In this document: positions 45,787 to 55,253 of the stretch, in pieces
Numbering within the stretch: the stretch's first letter is position 1
Layout of the letters: every line of letters begins with the position of its first letter
Source of the DNA: Oscillospiraceae bacterium
GTDB taxonomy: Bacteria; Bacillota; Clostridia; Oscillospirales; Oscillospiraceae
Length of the DNA: 64,000 bases
Reading direction: 5' to 3'
Assembly: GCA_051867595.1 (NCBI GenBank)
Contig: JBJDYS010000001.1
Span: forward strand, 18,784 to 82,783
Notes under the pieces: generated by a model
What the model was told of the DNA's origin: nothing
Seen by the model: only the letters and a program-made list of their open reading frames with translations
The model's database searches: none
Program-made: the position numbers and the translations under genes

Positions 45787-47220
45787 ATGAACAAACCGAT
45801 TTACGAAAATCCCCTGTGCGCCCGTTACGCTTCGCGTACCATGCAGCATATCTTCTCCCCTGACTTCAAATTTTCCACCTGGCGCCGTCTCTGGATCGCC
45901 CTGGCAGAGTCCGAAAAGGAGCTGGGCCTGCCCATCACCGACGAGCAGCTCGACGAGATGCGCGCCCATATCGACGACATCGACTATGACAGGGCCGCGG
46001 AGTATGAAAGCCGCCTGCGCCACGACGTCATGGCGCACATCCGCACCTACGGTGATCTCTGCCCGACGGCAAAGCCCATCATCCACCTCGGCGCCACAAG
46101 CTGCTATGTCGGCGATAACACCGACATCATCCAGCTGCGCGAGGGCCTTCTGCAGGTGCGTAAACTCCTCGTGAACGCCATCGCCGCCATCGGCGACTTT
46201 GCCCGCACGAACCGCGATGTCCCGACGCTCGCCTACACCCATTTTCAGGCCGCCCAGCCCACCACGGTCGGCAAGCGCGCCTGCCTCTGGCTTCAGGATC
46301 TCGTCATGGATCTCGACCGCCTCGAATTCGAGCTTTCGCATCTGCGGCTGCTCGGATGCAAGGGTACGACCGGCACCGGCGCGAGCTTCCTCGAACTCTT
46401 CGGCGGCGACGCCGAAAAGGTCTACGCCCTCGAGGACAAGATCGCCGCGAAGATGGGCTTTGACGCCTGTATGCCCGTCTCCGGCCAGACCTATTCCCGC
46501 AAGGTGGACTCCTATGTTCTGAACGTCCTCGCGGACATCGCGCAGAGCACCTGCAAGATGGCGACCGATATCCGCCTGCTCGCGCACATGAAGGAATTTG
46601 ACGAGCCGTTCGAGACCGAGCAGGTCGGCTCCTCCGCCATGGCCTATAAGCGCAACCCGATGCGCTCGGAGCGCGTCTGCTCCCTGTCCCGCTATGTGCT
46701 GAACGCCGTGCGAAACACCGCCGACACCGCCGCCTCCCAGTGGCTGGAGCGCACGCTCGACGATTCGGCGAACCGCCGCATCACGCTGCCCGAGGCCTTC
46801 CTCGCCACCGACGGTGCGCTGACCCTCATCATCAACGTCATCCGCGGCGGACGTATCTATCCGAAGGTCATGGAAAAGCACCTCAACGAGGAGATGCCCT
46901 TCATGGCGACCGAGAACATCCTCATGCACGCCGTCACCCTCGGCGGCGACCGTCAGGAGCTGCACGAGCTCATCCGTCAGCACTCCCAGGCCGCGGCTGC
47001 AAAGGTCAAGCTCGAGGGCGGTGAGAACGATCTTCTCTCCCGGCTTATGGCGGATCCCGCGTTCCACCTGACCGAGGCCGATCTCGCGAAGGTGCTCGAC
47101 GTGCGGAAGTTCGTCGGGCTTGCCCCCGAGCAGACGGACAAGTTCCTCGCTCAGTTTGTCGATCCCATCGTTGCCAAATACGCCGCCGAGCTCGGCGTTG
47201 AGGCCACTACGAACGTATAA
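45787..47220 (+). CDS. purB: Adenylosuccinate lyase
   Basis: Fumarate-lyase signature GSSAMAYKRNP; 477 aa. Confidence 0.95.
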   Translation: MNKPIYENPLCARYASRTMQHIFSPDFKFSTWRRLWIALAESEKELGLPITDEQLDEMRAHIDDIDYDRAAEYESRLRHDVMAHIRTYGDLCPTAKPIIHLGATSCYVGDNTDIIQLREGLLQVRKLLVNAIAAIGDFARTNRDVPTLAYTHFQAAQPTTVGKRACLWLQDLVMDLDRLEFELSHLRLLGCKGTTGTGASFLELFGGDAEKVYALEDKIAAKMGFDACMPVSGQTYSRKVDSYVLNVLADIAQSTCKMATDIRLLAHMKEFDEPFETEQVGSSAMAYKRNPMRSERVCSLSRYVLNAVRNTADTAASQWLERTLDDSANRRITLPEAFLATDGALTLIINVIRGGRIYPKVMEKHLNEEMPFMATENILMHAVTLGGDRQELHELIRQHSQAAAAKVKLEGGENDLLSRLMADPAFHLTEADLAKVLDVRKFVGLAPEQTDKFLAQFVDPIVAKYAAELGVEATTNV

Positions 47221-47249
47221 TCATCCCATCCCAAAAGGAGCTTAAACTT

Positions 47250-48524
47250 ATGATAACAGCAGTTGTTGGTATTAACTGGGGCGACGAGGGCAAAGGCCGC
47301 ATGGTCGATCTGCTCGCGAGCCGGTATGATATTGTCGCCCGCTATCAGGGCGGCAACAACGCCGGTCACACCGTCGTGAACGAGCGGGGCAAGTTCATCC
47401 TGAACCTCCTCCCCTCCGGCATCCTGCGTCCCGAGACCGTGAACGTCATGGGCCCCGGCATGGTCATCGACATCGAGCATCTGCATAAGGAGCTCGGCAC
47501 GCTGAACGCGCAGGGCGTTGAGGTCGGCGCAGAGCACCTTCGCATCAGTGACAAGGCGACGATCTGTATGCCCTATCACCCCCTGCTCGACGGCCTCGAA
47601 GAGGATCGCATGGGCTCGAAAAAGCAGGGCTCTACCCGCCGCGGCATCGGCCCTGTGTACTCCGATAAGTATATGCGTAAGTCCATCCGCATCGGCGACC
47701 TTCTCTTCCGCGACGTGCTGCGCGAGCGTCTTGCCGACATCGTGGAGTGGAAAAATCTCACCGTCGAAAAGGGCTACGGCCACGAGCCGCTGAGCGTCGA
47801 TGCGATGTACGACTGGCTCATGACCTACGGCGATCCCCTGCTGCCGCATATCTGCGACACCACCGTCCTGCTCTCTGAGGCAGACGACGCCGGCAAGTCC
47901 ATCCTGCTTGAGGCCCAGCTTGGTGCGCTGCGCGACCTCGACTACGGCATTTTCCCCTACACCTCTTCCTCCTGCACGCTGGCGGCCTATGCCCCCATTG
48001 GTGCAGGCATCCCCGGCCGCACGCTCGACAACAGCGTCGGCATCATGAAGGCCTATTCCTCCGCCGTCGGCGGCGGCCCGTTCGTCTGCGAATTCTCCGG
48101 CAGGGAAGCCGAGGAGCTGCGCGAGGCCGGCGGTGAATACGGCGCGGCGACCGGCCGTCCCCGCCGTGTCGGCGGCTTCGACGTGGTCGCCTCCCGCTAC
48201 GGCGTTCAGCTTCAGGGCGCGACCGAACTGGCCGTCACAAAGCTCGACGTGCTGTCCGGCATGGAGAAGATTCCCGTCTGCACCGCCTATGAGCTGGACG
48301 GCGAAAGGATCGACACCTTCCCCCTCGAGCCGGCGCTCGAAAAGTGCACGCCTGTCTATGAGTATCTGCCCGGCTTCTCCGGCGACATCACCGGCTGCCG
48401 CAAGTTCAGCGAGCTGCCGCAGGCCGCGCAGGACTATGTCAAGTACCTTGAGGATGTCGTGAAGTGCCCCATCAAGTATGTTTCCGTGGGCGCTGACCGC
48501 GACCAGTATATCGAAATGTTCTAA
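47250..48524 (+). CDS. purA: Adenylosuccinate synthase
   Basis: VVGINWGDEGKGRMVD P-loop, GGNNAGHTV, TRRGIGP. Confidence 0.95.
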   Translation: MITAVVGINWGDEGKGRMVDLLASRYDIVARYQGGNNAGHTVVNERGKFILNLLPSGILRPETVNVMGPGMVIDIEHLHKELGTLNAQGVEVGAEHLRISDKATICMPYHPLLDGLEEDRMGSKKQGSTRRGIGPVYSDKYMRKSIRIGDLLFRDVLRERLADIVEWKNLTVEKGYGHEPLSVDAMYDWLMTYGDPLLPHICDTTVLLSEADDAGKSILLEAQLGALRDLDYGIFPYTSSSCTLAAYAPIGAGIPGRTLDNSVGIMKAYSSAVGGGPFVCEFSGREAEELREAGGEYGAATGRPRRVGGFDVVASRYGVQLQGATELAVTKLDVLSGMEKIPVCTAYELDGERIDTFPLEPALEKCTPVYEYLPGFSGDITGCRKFSELPQAAQDYVKYLEDVVKCPIKYVSVGADRDQYIEMF

Positions 48525-48534
48525 GGAGGTTCCC

Positions 48535-49269
48535 ATGAGGGATTATCAGAAAGAATTTGACGGCCGTGTGGCCTTTATCAAAAAGCTTGTCGCGGAAAGC
48601 GGCGCAAACGGTATTGTTTACGGAAACTCCGGCGGCAAGGATTCCGCCCTGGTGGGCATTCTCTGCAAGGCTGCCTGTGAGAACACCGTCGGCATCATCA
48701 TGCCCTGCTCCTCCAAGCGCAATTTCGGCATCGACATGGAGGACGGCAACGCCGTCGCCAGGCAGTTCGGCATCGAAACGCGCACGGTGGATCTGACCCC
48801 GATCCGCGAGACCGCCGCGGAGGTCATCGGCGGCGTGACCGACATAAACGCCCTCTCCCTCGCCAACATCGCGCCGCGCCTGCGTATGATCACGCTCTAC
48901 ACCGTCGCGGGCAGCGAAGGCCGTCTCGTCGCCGGAACCGGCAACCGCAGCGAGGCCTATATGGGCTATTTCACCAAATGGGGCGACGGCGCGTATGACT
49001 TCAACCCCATCGCCGACCTGACCGTGACGGAAATTTTCGAGTTCCTGGCCTGGCTCGACGCGCCCATGTCCATCCGCACCAAGGCTCCCTCTGCCGGTCT
49101 TTTCGAGGGTCAGACGGACGAAACGGAAATGGGCATCACCTACGCCGCCATCGACAAGTTCCTCCTCACCGGCGAGGTGTCGGACGAGGACAAGGCGATC
49201 ATCGACCGCTTCCACAGCCGCAGCGAGCATAAGCGCTGCCCCGCCGCGACCTATACGGGCGAGGAATGA
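48535..49269 (+). CDS. nadE: NH3-dependent NAD+ synthetase
   Basis: PP-loop GNSGGKDSALV. The ATG at 48535 follows AAGGAGG. Confidence 0.9.
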   Translation: MRDYQKEFDGRVAFIKKLVAESGANGIVYGNSGGKDSALVGILCKAACENTVGIIMPCSSKRNFGIDMEDGNAVARQFGIETRTVDLTPIRETAAEVIGGVTDINALSLANIAPRLRMITLYTVAGSEGRLVAGTGNRSEAYMGYFTKWGDGAYDFNPIADLTVTEIFEFLAWLDAPMSIRTKAPSAGLFEGQTDETEMGITYAAIDKFLLTGEVSDEDKAIIDRFHSRSEHKRCPAATYTGEE

Positions 49270-50027
49270 GAGAATATGCGGCAAAGCAGCTCGGTGACGC
49301 CGTTGCCCGGCTGTATGTGGACGCCTGCCTTCACCTGCCCGCGCACGTGAAGGAAAAGCTCTATGCTTTCGGCAATCCCTACATCATCGAAAACTTTGAG
49401 AAAAACGGCATCATCCCCCTCTGCCAGGACACCGGTATGGCGGTGGTGTATCTGGAGGTCGGACAGGACGCGCACATCACCGGCTCTATTCCCGACGCCA
49501 TCAACGACGGCGTGCGCCGCGCGGTGAAAAACGGCTATCTCCGCTCGTCCATCGTCGCCGATCCCCTGCGGCGGACAAACACCGGCGACAACACCCCGGC
49601 AACCATCTACACCGACATCGTCCCCGGCGACACCGTCAAGGTCACCGTCGCGCCCCGCGGCTTCGGCTGTGAGAACAAGGCCCGCGTGGCCATGCTCGCA
49701 CCGGCGGACGGTCTCGAGGGTGTGCGGAGCTTTGTGCTGGAAACCGCCCGTCTGGCCGTGCCGGACGCCTGTCCGCCCGTCATGATCGGCGTCGGCATCG
49801 GCGGAAACTTTGACCGCGTGGCGTACTACTCCAAAAAAGCCGTTCTGCGCGTCGGGCCGAACCCCGATCCGTACTACGCCGCGCTGGAGGAGGAGCTCTT
49901 CGCCGAGGTCAAAACATTCGCCATCGGCGTGAACATTATCCAGGCCCCGACCCACATCGCCGGGCTTCCCTGCGCCGTCTCGATCGGCTGCCACAGCCTG
50001 CGAATCGCATCGGAGGTGCTGGCATGA
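49266..50027 (+). CDS. Fe-S hydro-lyase, fumarate hydratase/tartrate dehydratase alpha subunit
   Basis: PLCQDTGMAVVYLEVG block of class-I fumarase alpha. ATGA overlap with nadE. Confidence 0.85.
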   Translation: MREYAAKQLGDAVARLYVDACLHLPAHVKEKLYAFGNPYIIENFEKNGIIPLCQDTGMAVVYLEVGQDAHITGSIPDAINDGVRRAVKNGYLRSSIVADPLRRTNTGDNTPATIYTDIVPGDTVKVTVAPRGFGCENKARVAMLAPADGLEGVRSFVLETARLAVPDACPPVMIGVGIGGNFDRVAYYSKKAVLRVGPNPDPYYAALEEELFAEVKTFAIGVNIIQAPTHIAGLPCAVSIGCHSLRIASEVLA

Positions 50028-50554
50028 CGCACAATATCCAAACGCCGCTCTCCGCCGAGGTCGTCCGTACCCTCCGCGCCGGAGACGAGATCCGCATCAC
50101 CGGCGTCATCTACACCGCCCGCGACGCGGCGCATAAAAAGCTCTGCGAGCTTCTCGCGGCGGGTGAGCCGCTGCCCGTTGAGCTGCGCGATCAGATCATC
50201 TACTACACCGGTCCGGCTCCCACGCCTCCCGGCTATGCCATCGGCTCCTGCGGGCCGACCACGTCCTACCGCATGGATCGCTATACGCCCGCCCTGCTCG
50301 GCGAGGGACTGCGCGGCATCATCGGCAAGGGCCGCCGCGGACAGGCCGTCATCGACGCGATCGTCGAGCACACCGCCGTGTATTTCTCCGCAGAAGGCGG
50401 CTGCGGCGCGCTTCTGGCAAACTATGTCAAGGCCTGCGAGGTCGTGGCTTTTCCCGAGCTTGGCACCGAGGCCATCCACCGTCTCGAGGTCGAGAACTTC
50501 CCTGTCACTGTTTTCTGCGACTGCACGGGCGCGATCTACTCGCCCTACCTATAA
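50024..50554 (+). CDS. Fe-S hydro-lyase, fumarate hydratase beta subunit
   Basis: GVIYTARDAAHKKL...YYTGP...GPTTSYRMD...IGKG, typical of the beta subunit. Overlaps the alpha stop. Confidence 0.85.
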   Translation: MTHNIQTPLSAEVVRTLRAGDEIRITGVIYTARDAAHKKLCELLAAGEPLPVELRDQIIYYTGPAPTPPGYAIGSCGPTTSYRMDRYTPALLGEGLRGIIGKGRRGQAVIDAIVEHTAVYFSAEGGCGALLANYVKACEVVAFPELGTEAIHRLEVENFPVTVFCDCTGAIYSPYL

Positions 50555-50572
50555 AAGAAAGAGAACACGATC

Positions 50573-51745
50573 ATGGACTATCTGAAGGAATCGCTCAAAA
50601 AGCATTATGAATGGCGCGGCAAGCTGGACATCCGCTCCAAGACCCGCGTCGATAACGCCGAGGCGCTGTCCCTGGCGTATACCCCCGGCGTCGCCGCGCC
50701 CTGCCTTGAGATTCAGAAGGACGTCTCCAAGAGCTACGAGCTCACCGGCCGCTGGAACACCGTCGCCGTCGTCACGGACGGCACGGCCGTGCTCGGTCTC
50801 GGCGACATCGGCCCGGAGGCCGGTATGCCGGTCATGGAGGGCAAATGCGTTCTGTTTAAGGAGTTCGGCGGCGTGGACGCCGTGCCTCTGTGCGTCCGTT
50901 CCAAGGATGTGGACGACATCGTGAACACCGTGCGCCTGCTCGCGGGCAGCTTCGGCGGCGTGAACCTCGAGGACATCGCCGCTCCCCGCTGCTTTGAGAT
51001 CGAGCGCCGACTCAAGGAGGTCTGCGACATCCCCATCTTTCACGACGACCAGCACGGCACCGCCATCATCGCCCTGGCCGGTATTCTGAACGCCCTCAAG
51101 GTCGTCGGAAAGAAGCTTGAGGACATCACCGTCGTCATCAACGGCGCAGGCGCGGCCGGTACGGCCATCGCGCGGCTTCTGGTCTCCGCCGGTGCGGGCG
51201 ACGTCATCGTCTGTGACCGCACGGGTGCCATTTCCCGCGGCCGTGAGAAGCTGAATGAAGCGAAAGCCGACCTCGCCGGTGTCACGAATAAGCAGAACAA
51301 AACCGGCGCTCTCGCCGAGGTTCTCGTCGGCGCGGATGTGTTCATCGGCGTGTCCAGCCCCGGCGCTGTCACCGGCGCGATGGTGCAGACCATGGCAAAG
51401 GACGCCGTCATCTTCGCCTGCGCGAACCCGACGCCCGAGATCTTCCCGGAGGAAGCGCTCGCCAACGGCGCCGCCGTCGCCGCCACGGGCCGCAGCGATA
51501 TGCCGAACCAGCTCAACAACGTCCTCGCCTTCCCCGGCGTGTTCCGCGGCGCGCTGGATGTCCGCGCTTCGGACATTAACGACGCGATGAAGGTCGCCGC
51601 CGCTCATGCGCTGGCCGGTCTCGTCAGCGACGAGGAGCTCTGCGCCGAGTACATCATCCCCAAGCCCTTTGACCCACGCGTCAAGGACGCGGTCGCCGCC
51701 GCGGTGGCACAGGCCGCCCGCGATTCCGGCATCGCACGAATCTGA
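50573..51745 (+). CDS. NAD(P)-dependent malic enzyme (short form)
   Basis: LAYTPGVA...VVTDGTAVLGLGDIGP...NLEDI...FHDDQHGTAI...NGAGAAG motifs. Confidence 0.9.
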   Translation: MDYLKESLKKHYEWRGKLDIRSKTRVDNAEALSLAYTPGVAAPCLEIQKDVSKSYELTGRWNTVAVVTDGTAVLGLGDIGPEAGMPVMEGKCVLFKEFGGVDAVPLCVRSKDVDDIVNTVRLLAGSFGGVNLEDIAAPRCFEIERRLKEVCDIPIFHDDQHGTAIIALAGILNALKVVGKKLEDITVVINGAGAAGTAIARLLVSAGAGDVIVCDRTGAISRGREKLNEAKADLAGVTNKQNKTGALAEVLVGADVFIGVSSPGAVTGAMVQTMAKDAVIFACANPTPEIFPEEALANGAAVAATGRSDMPNQLNNVLAFPGVFRGALDVRASDINDAMKVAAAHALAGLVSDEELCAEYIIPKPFDPRVKDAVAAAVAQAARDSGIARI

Positions 51746-51759
51746 AAAAACTTCTCCTG

Positions 51760-51789
51760 CGCCGCCGCGCTTTTGCGGCGGCGTTTTTT
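51760..51789 (+). terminator. Intrinsic terminator after the malic enzyme gene
   Basis: cgccgccgc-gctttt-gcggcggcg followed by tttttt. It ends 8 nt before the next ATG. Confidence 0.75.
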
Positions 51790-51796
51790 GAAACGT

Positions 51797-54331
51797 ATGA
51801 AAAGACTGACTGTCGGCATACTCGCACATGTGGACGCGGGCAAGACCACCCTCTCGGAGAGTATGCTGTATCTGACCGGGACAATCCGAAAGCTGGGACG
51901 CGTCGATCATCGCAATACGTTCCTTGACACGCATACCCTCGAACGCGAGCGCGGCATCACGATCTTCTCCAAGCAGGCGCGCCTCTCCACGGGCGACATG
52001 GAAATCACGCTTCTCGACACGCCCGGACACGCCGATTTCTCCGGCGAGACGGAGCGCACGCTCCCCGTCCTTGACTACGCGATCCTCGTCATCAGCGGCA
52101 CGGACGGCGTGCAGGCGCACACGGAAACGCTCTGGGCACTGCTCGAACGGTATCATGTCCCGACCTTTGTGTTCGTGACGAAAATGGACGCCTCCCATCA
52201 CACGCAGGCGGAGCTCATGGATGATCTGCAGGCGCACCTCAGCGACCGCTGTCTCGACCTCCGCGAACGGGATGACGAAACCCTCGCCATGCTCGACGAG
52301 GGTTTGCTGGATCGTTATATGGACACGGGAACCGTCACCGACGGCGATATTACCGCGCTGATCCAAAACCGACGGCTGTTCCCGGTCTGTTTCGGCTCCG
52401 GCCTCCGGCTCACGGGCGTCCCGGAATTTCTCGAGACGCTCGCGCGCTTCACCACAGAGCCTGCCTACCCCGAGGCCTTCGGCGCGCTGGTCTATAAAAT
52501 CGCCCGCGATCTGCAGGGGACGCGCCTGACCTATCTGAAGGTCACAGGCGGATCGCTCTCCGTGCGCGATACCATTCGCTGCCGCACCGCTGCCGGCGAG
52601 GAGATCGAAGAAAAAGCGGCGCAGCTTCGGCTCTATTCCGGCCAGAAATTTGAAACAGCCTCCACTGTCCCCGCCGGATGTATCTGCGCCGTCACGGGCC
52701 TGACCGGCACATGGCCCGGGCAGGGCCTCGGCGCGCAGGAGGACGCGCTTTCGCCCCTTCTCATCCCCGCGCTCAGCTACCGTCTGACCCTGCCGAAGGG
52801 CGTGGAGGCCCGGACGATGCTGCCGAAGCTGCGCGAGCTCGAGGAGGAAGAACCGCTTCTGCGCGTCGTGTGGCAGGAGCAGCTCAGCGAGATCCAGCTT
52901 CAGCTCATGGGCGCGGTGCAGATCGAGGTCGTCAAAAGCCTCATACGCGAGCGTTTCGATGTGGACGTGCAGATCGGCTCCGGGCGCATTCTCTACCGCG
53001 AGACGATCGCAGACACCGTCGAGGGCGTCGGACATTTTGAGCCGCTGCGCCATTATGCGGAGGTGCATCTGCTCATCGAGCCGGGCGAGCGCGGCAGCGG
53101 AATCCTATGCCGAAGCGCGCTGTCTGAGGATGTGCTCGACCTCAGCTGGCAGAGGCTCATCCTCACGCATCTCGAAGAAAAACAGCATCTCGGCGTTCTC
53201 ACCGGCGCTCCGCTGACCGATGTCGTCATTACGCTCATTGCCGGGCGGGCGCATCTCAAGCACACCGAGGGCGGCGATTTCCGGCAGGCAGCCTACCGCG
53301 CCGTGCGGCAGGGTCTCATGCAGGCGCAAAGCGTCCTTCTCGAGCCGTACTATGCGTTTCGGCTGGAGGTGCCGGCGGAGCATATCGGCCGCGCCATCAG
53401 CGACATTCACGCCATGGGCGGTGAGCACGGCTCCCCGGAGACGCTCGGTGACCGCATGGTCATTTCCGGCACCGCGCCGGTCTCTGCCATGGCGGAATAC
53501 GGCGCCGAGGTTGCCGCCTATACCCGCGGGCGCGGACGCTTTTCCGTCCGCGTGGAGGGCTACCGGCCCTGCCGCAACCAGGACGCCGTTGTCGCGGAGC
53601 TCGGCTATGACCCGGAAGCCGATACGGCGAACACGCCGGACAGCGTGTTCTGCGCCCATGGCGCGGGCTTCAACGTCAAATGGCGCGACGTGCCGGAGTA
53701 TATGCACCTCGACAGCGGCCTGAAACGCGCCGCCGACCCCGTCCCGGAGGTTCGCATTCGCCCCCACAGCCTCGACATCGACGAGCGTGAGCTGGAGGCC
53801 ATCATGGAGCGCGAATTTGGCCCCATTCGCCGCAAGGTCTATTCCGCACCGACGGTCAACAGCGCGATCGGCGTGGAGTATCAGGCCCGGAAAAAGCCCG
53901 AGCGCATCATCGTGGACGGATACAATGTGATCTTTGCATGGGATGAGCTCAAAGCGCTCGCCGAAAAGAACATCGACTCCGCCCGCGCACGGCTCATCGA
54001 CCTCCTCGCAAGCTACCGCGGCTATACAAAGTCCGAGCTTGTGCTGGTGTTTGACGCCTACCGCGTCCCCGCCGGGCAAGGCTCGAAATACGACGACGCA
54101 AAGCTCCATATCGCCTACACCAAGGAGGGCGAGACGGCCGATATGTATATCGAGCGGCTCGTCGCCGACATCGGCAAAAACGAGTCCGTCCGCGTCATCA
54201 CCTCCGACCGTCTCATCCGGCTGTCGGCCATGCGTACGGGCGTCCGCCTCACCTCGTCCAAAGAGTTTGAGGCCGAGGTCGCCTGGGTGATGGAGCAGAT
54301 CGACGCGATCGTGAAGAAATCGCAGGAATGA
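51797..54331 (+). CDS. Fusion protein: TetM/EF-G-like translational GTPase plus a C-terminal YacP/Rae1-type NYN nuclease domain
   Basis: One uninterrupted frame. G1 AHVDAGKT, G2 RGITI, G3 DTPGH, G4 variant TKMD (52178-52189). EF-G-like domains II-V follow over about 630 aa, then the NYN domain. Confidence 0.85.
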   Translation: MKRLTVGILAHVDAGKTTLSESMLYLTGTIRKLGRVDHRNTFLDTHTLERERGITIFSKQARLSTGDMEITLLDTPGHADFSGETERTLPVLDYAILVISGTDGVQAHTETLWALLERYHVPTFVFVTKMDASHHTQAELMDDLQAHLSDRCLDLRERDDETLAMLDEGLLDRYMDTGTVTDGDITALIQNRRLFPVCFGSGLRLTGVPEFLETLARFTTEPAYPEAFGALVYKIARDLQGTRLTYLKVTGGSLSVRDTIRCRTAAGEEIEEKAAQLRLYSGQKFETASTVPAGCICAVTGLTGTWPGQGLGAQEDALSPLLIPALSYRLTLPKGVEARTMLPKLRELEEEEPLLRVVWQEQLSEIQLQLMGAVQIEVVKSLIRERFDVDVQIGSGRILYRETIADTVEGVGHFEPLRHYAEVHLLIEPGERGSGILCRSALSEDVLDLSWQRLILTHLEEKQHLGVLTGAPLTDVVITLIAGRAHLKHTEGGDFRQAAYRAVRQGLMQAQSVLLEPYYAFRLEVPAEHIGRAISDIHAMGGEHGSPETLGDRMVISGTAPVSAMAEYGAEVAAYTRGRGRFSVRVEGYRPCRNQDAVVAELGYDPEADTANTPDSVFCAHGAGFNVKWRDVPEYMHLDSGLKRAADPVPEVRIRPHSLDIDERELEAIMEREFGPIRRKVYSAPTVNSAIGVEYQARKKPERIIVDGYNVIFAWDELKALAEKNIDSARARLIDLLASYRGYTKSELVLVFDAYRVPAGQGSKYDDAKLHIAYTKEGETADMYIERLVADIGKNESVRVITSDRLIRLSAMRTGVRLTSSKEFEAEVAWVMEQIDAIVKKSQE
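53897..54328 (+). other. NYN (YacP/Rae1-like) domain portion of the fusion ORF
   Basis: PERIIVDGYNVIFAW..., LVLVFDAY, GETADMYIE and RVITSDRL reproduce the acidic motifs of YacP-type PIN/NYN nucleases as I remember them. Confidence 0.7.
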
Positions 54332-54335
54332 CAGC

Positions 54336-55091
54336 ATGAACCATGAAAGCAATTCTTTTATCCGGCGCATCGGGGATCTTGCCGACCGCTGCGAGCGGCA
54401 GGGCGTCGTCACCGCGACCGGCTTTCTGACCCCGGCGGAGCAGTACGAGCTGCGCTCATGGGCCGCGTCGCACCCGGAGGTGAGCCTTCTTCTCTCCGGC
54501 GGACAGGACGGCTGCGAGAGGCAGTGCGCGTTCTTTCTCCCCTTTTGGATGGAACCGGATGAGCTTGACCTGTCCGAATACATCCACGCGGTACGCATGG
54601 AGGCCCATTTCGGCAGACCCGGACACCGGGACTACCTGGGCGCGGCGCTCGGCCTCGGCATTCAGCGGGAGTGGCTCGGCGATTTACGCATCCGCGACAC
54701 GACGGCGTATGTGTTCTGCCTGCCGTCCGTGGAGCCGCTTCTCCTCGACGAGCTGACAAAGGCGGGCCGCGTCGGCATCAAGATCGCCTCCTGCCCGCTG
54801 TCCGACGTTCCTCCGCCGGAGCGCACAGTAAAGCGGGTGAGCTTCACGGTCAAAAGTCCCCGGCTCGACGCCGTGGCCGGTTCGATGTTCGGCCTTTCCC
54901 GCACGGCGGCCGCCGAGCTTATCCGCATGGGTGCGGTAAGCCTGAACTATTCGGTCTGCGACAAGATCGACGCACCCGTCAAGGAGGGCGACGTCATCTC
55001 CATGCGCGGCCACGGCAAGGGCGTCCTCACCGATTTCGGCGGACGCTCACGCAAAGACCGCCTCTTTCTGGAAGCGGAAATATACCTCTGA
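54336..55091 (+). CDS. ylmH: YlmH-like RNA-binding protein with a C-terminal S4 domain
   Basis: 251 aa with N-terminal FLTPAEQ and HRDYLGAALGLGI motifs, and an S4 domain (RLDAVAGSMFGLSRTAAAELIRMGAVSLN). Starts 4 nt after the fusion ORF. Confidence 0.8.
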   Translation: MNHESNSFIRRIGDLADRCERQGVVTATGFLTPAEQYELRSWAASHPEVSLLLSGGQDGCERQCAFFLPFWMEPDELDLSEYIHAVRMEAHFGRPGHRDYLGAALGLGIQREWLGDLRIRDTTAYVFCLPSVEPLLLDELTKAGRVGIKIASCPLSDVPPPERTVKRVSFTVKSPRLDAVAGSMFGLSRTAAAELIRMGAVSLNYSVCDKIDAPVKEGDVISMRGHGKGVLTDFGGRSRKDRLFLEAEIYL

Positions 55092-55100
55092 CATACGAAA

Positions 55101-55126
55101 ACGCCCGATGTGTCGGGCGTTTTTTT
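55101..55126 (+). terminator. Intrinsic terminator
   Basis: acgcccga-tgtg-tcgggcgt followed by tttttt. Confidence 0.8.
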
Positions 55127-55204
55127 GCTTTCATTTCAGCCGACATGACCAAAAGTCATGTTCTGCAATCCGTCCGCAAAGCGCCACAAAATGTTTGTAC
55201 GGAT

Positions 55205-55233
55205 GCATCATTTTTCCAAAAGCGCACAAACTA
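55205..55233 (+). promoter_or_regulatory. Candidate forespore (sigma-G/F-type) promoter for spoVA genes
   Basis: GCATC-17 nt-CAAACTA, compared with my remembered sigma-G consensus GnATR-N17/18-CAtnnTA. Confidence 0.3.
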
Positions 55234-55253
55234 CCGCCATGGAAACAAAACGA

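Noticed and set aside
51773-51796. TTG start at 51773 for the GTPase-NYN fusion, as in the ORF track.
   Set aside because: The extra 8 codons lie inside the upstream terminator hairpin. Homologous GTPases begin M-K-x-x-x-x-G-I-L-A-H-V-D-A-G-K-T, so the ATG at 51797 is preferred, although it lacks an SD.
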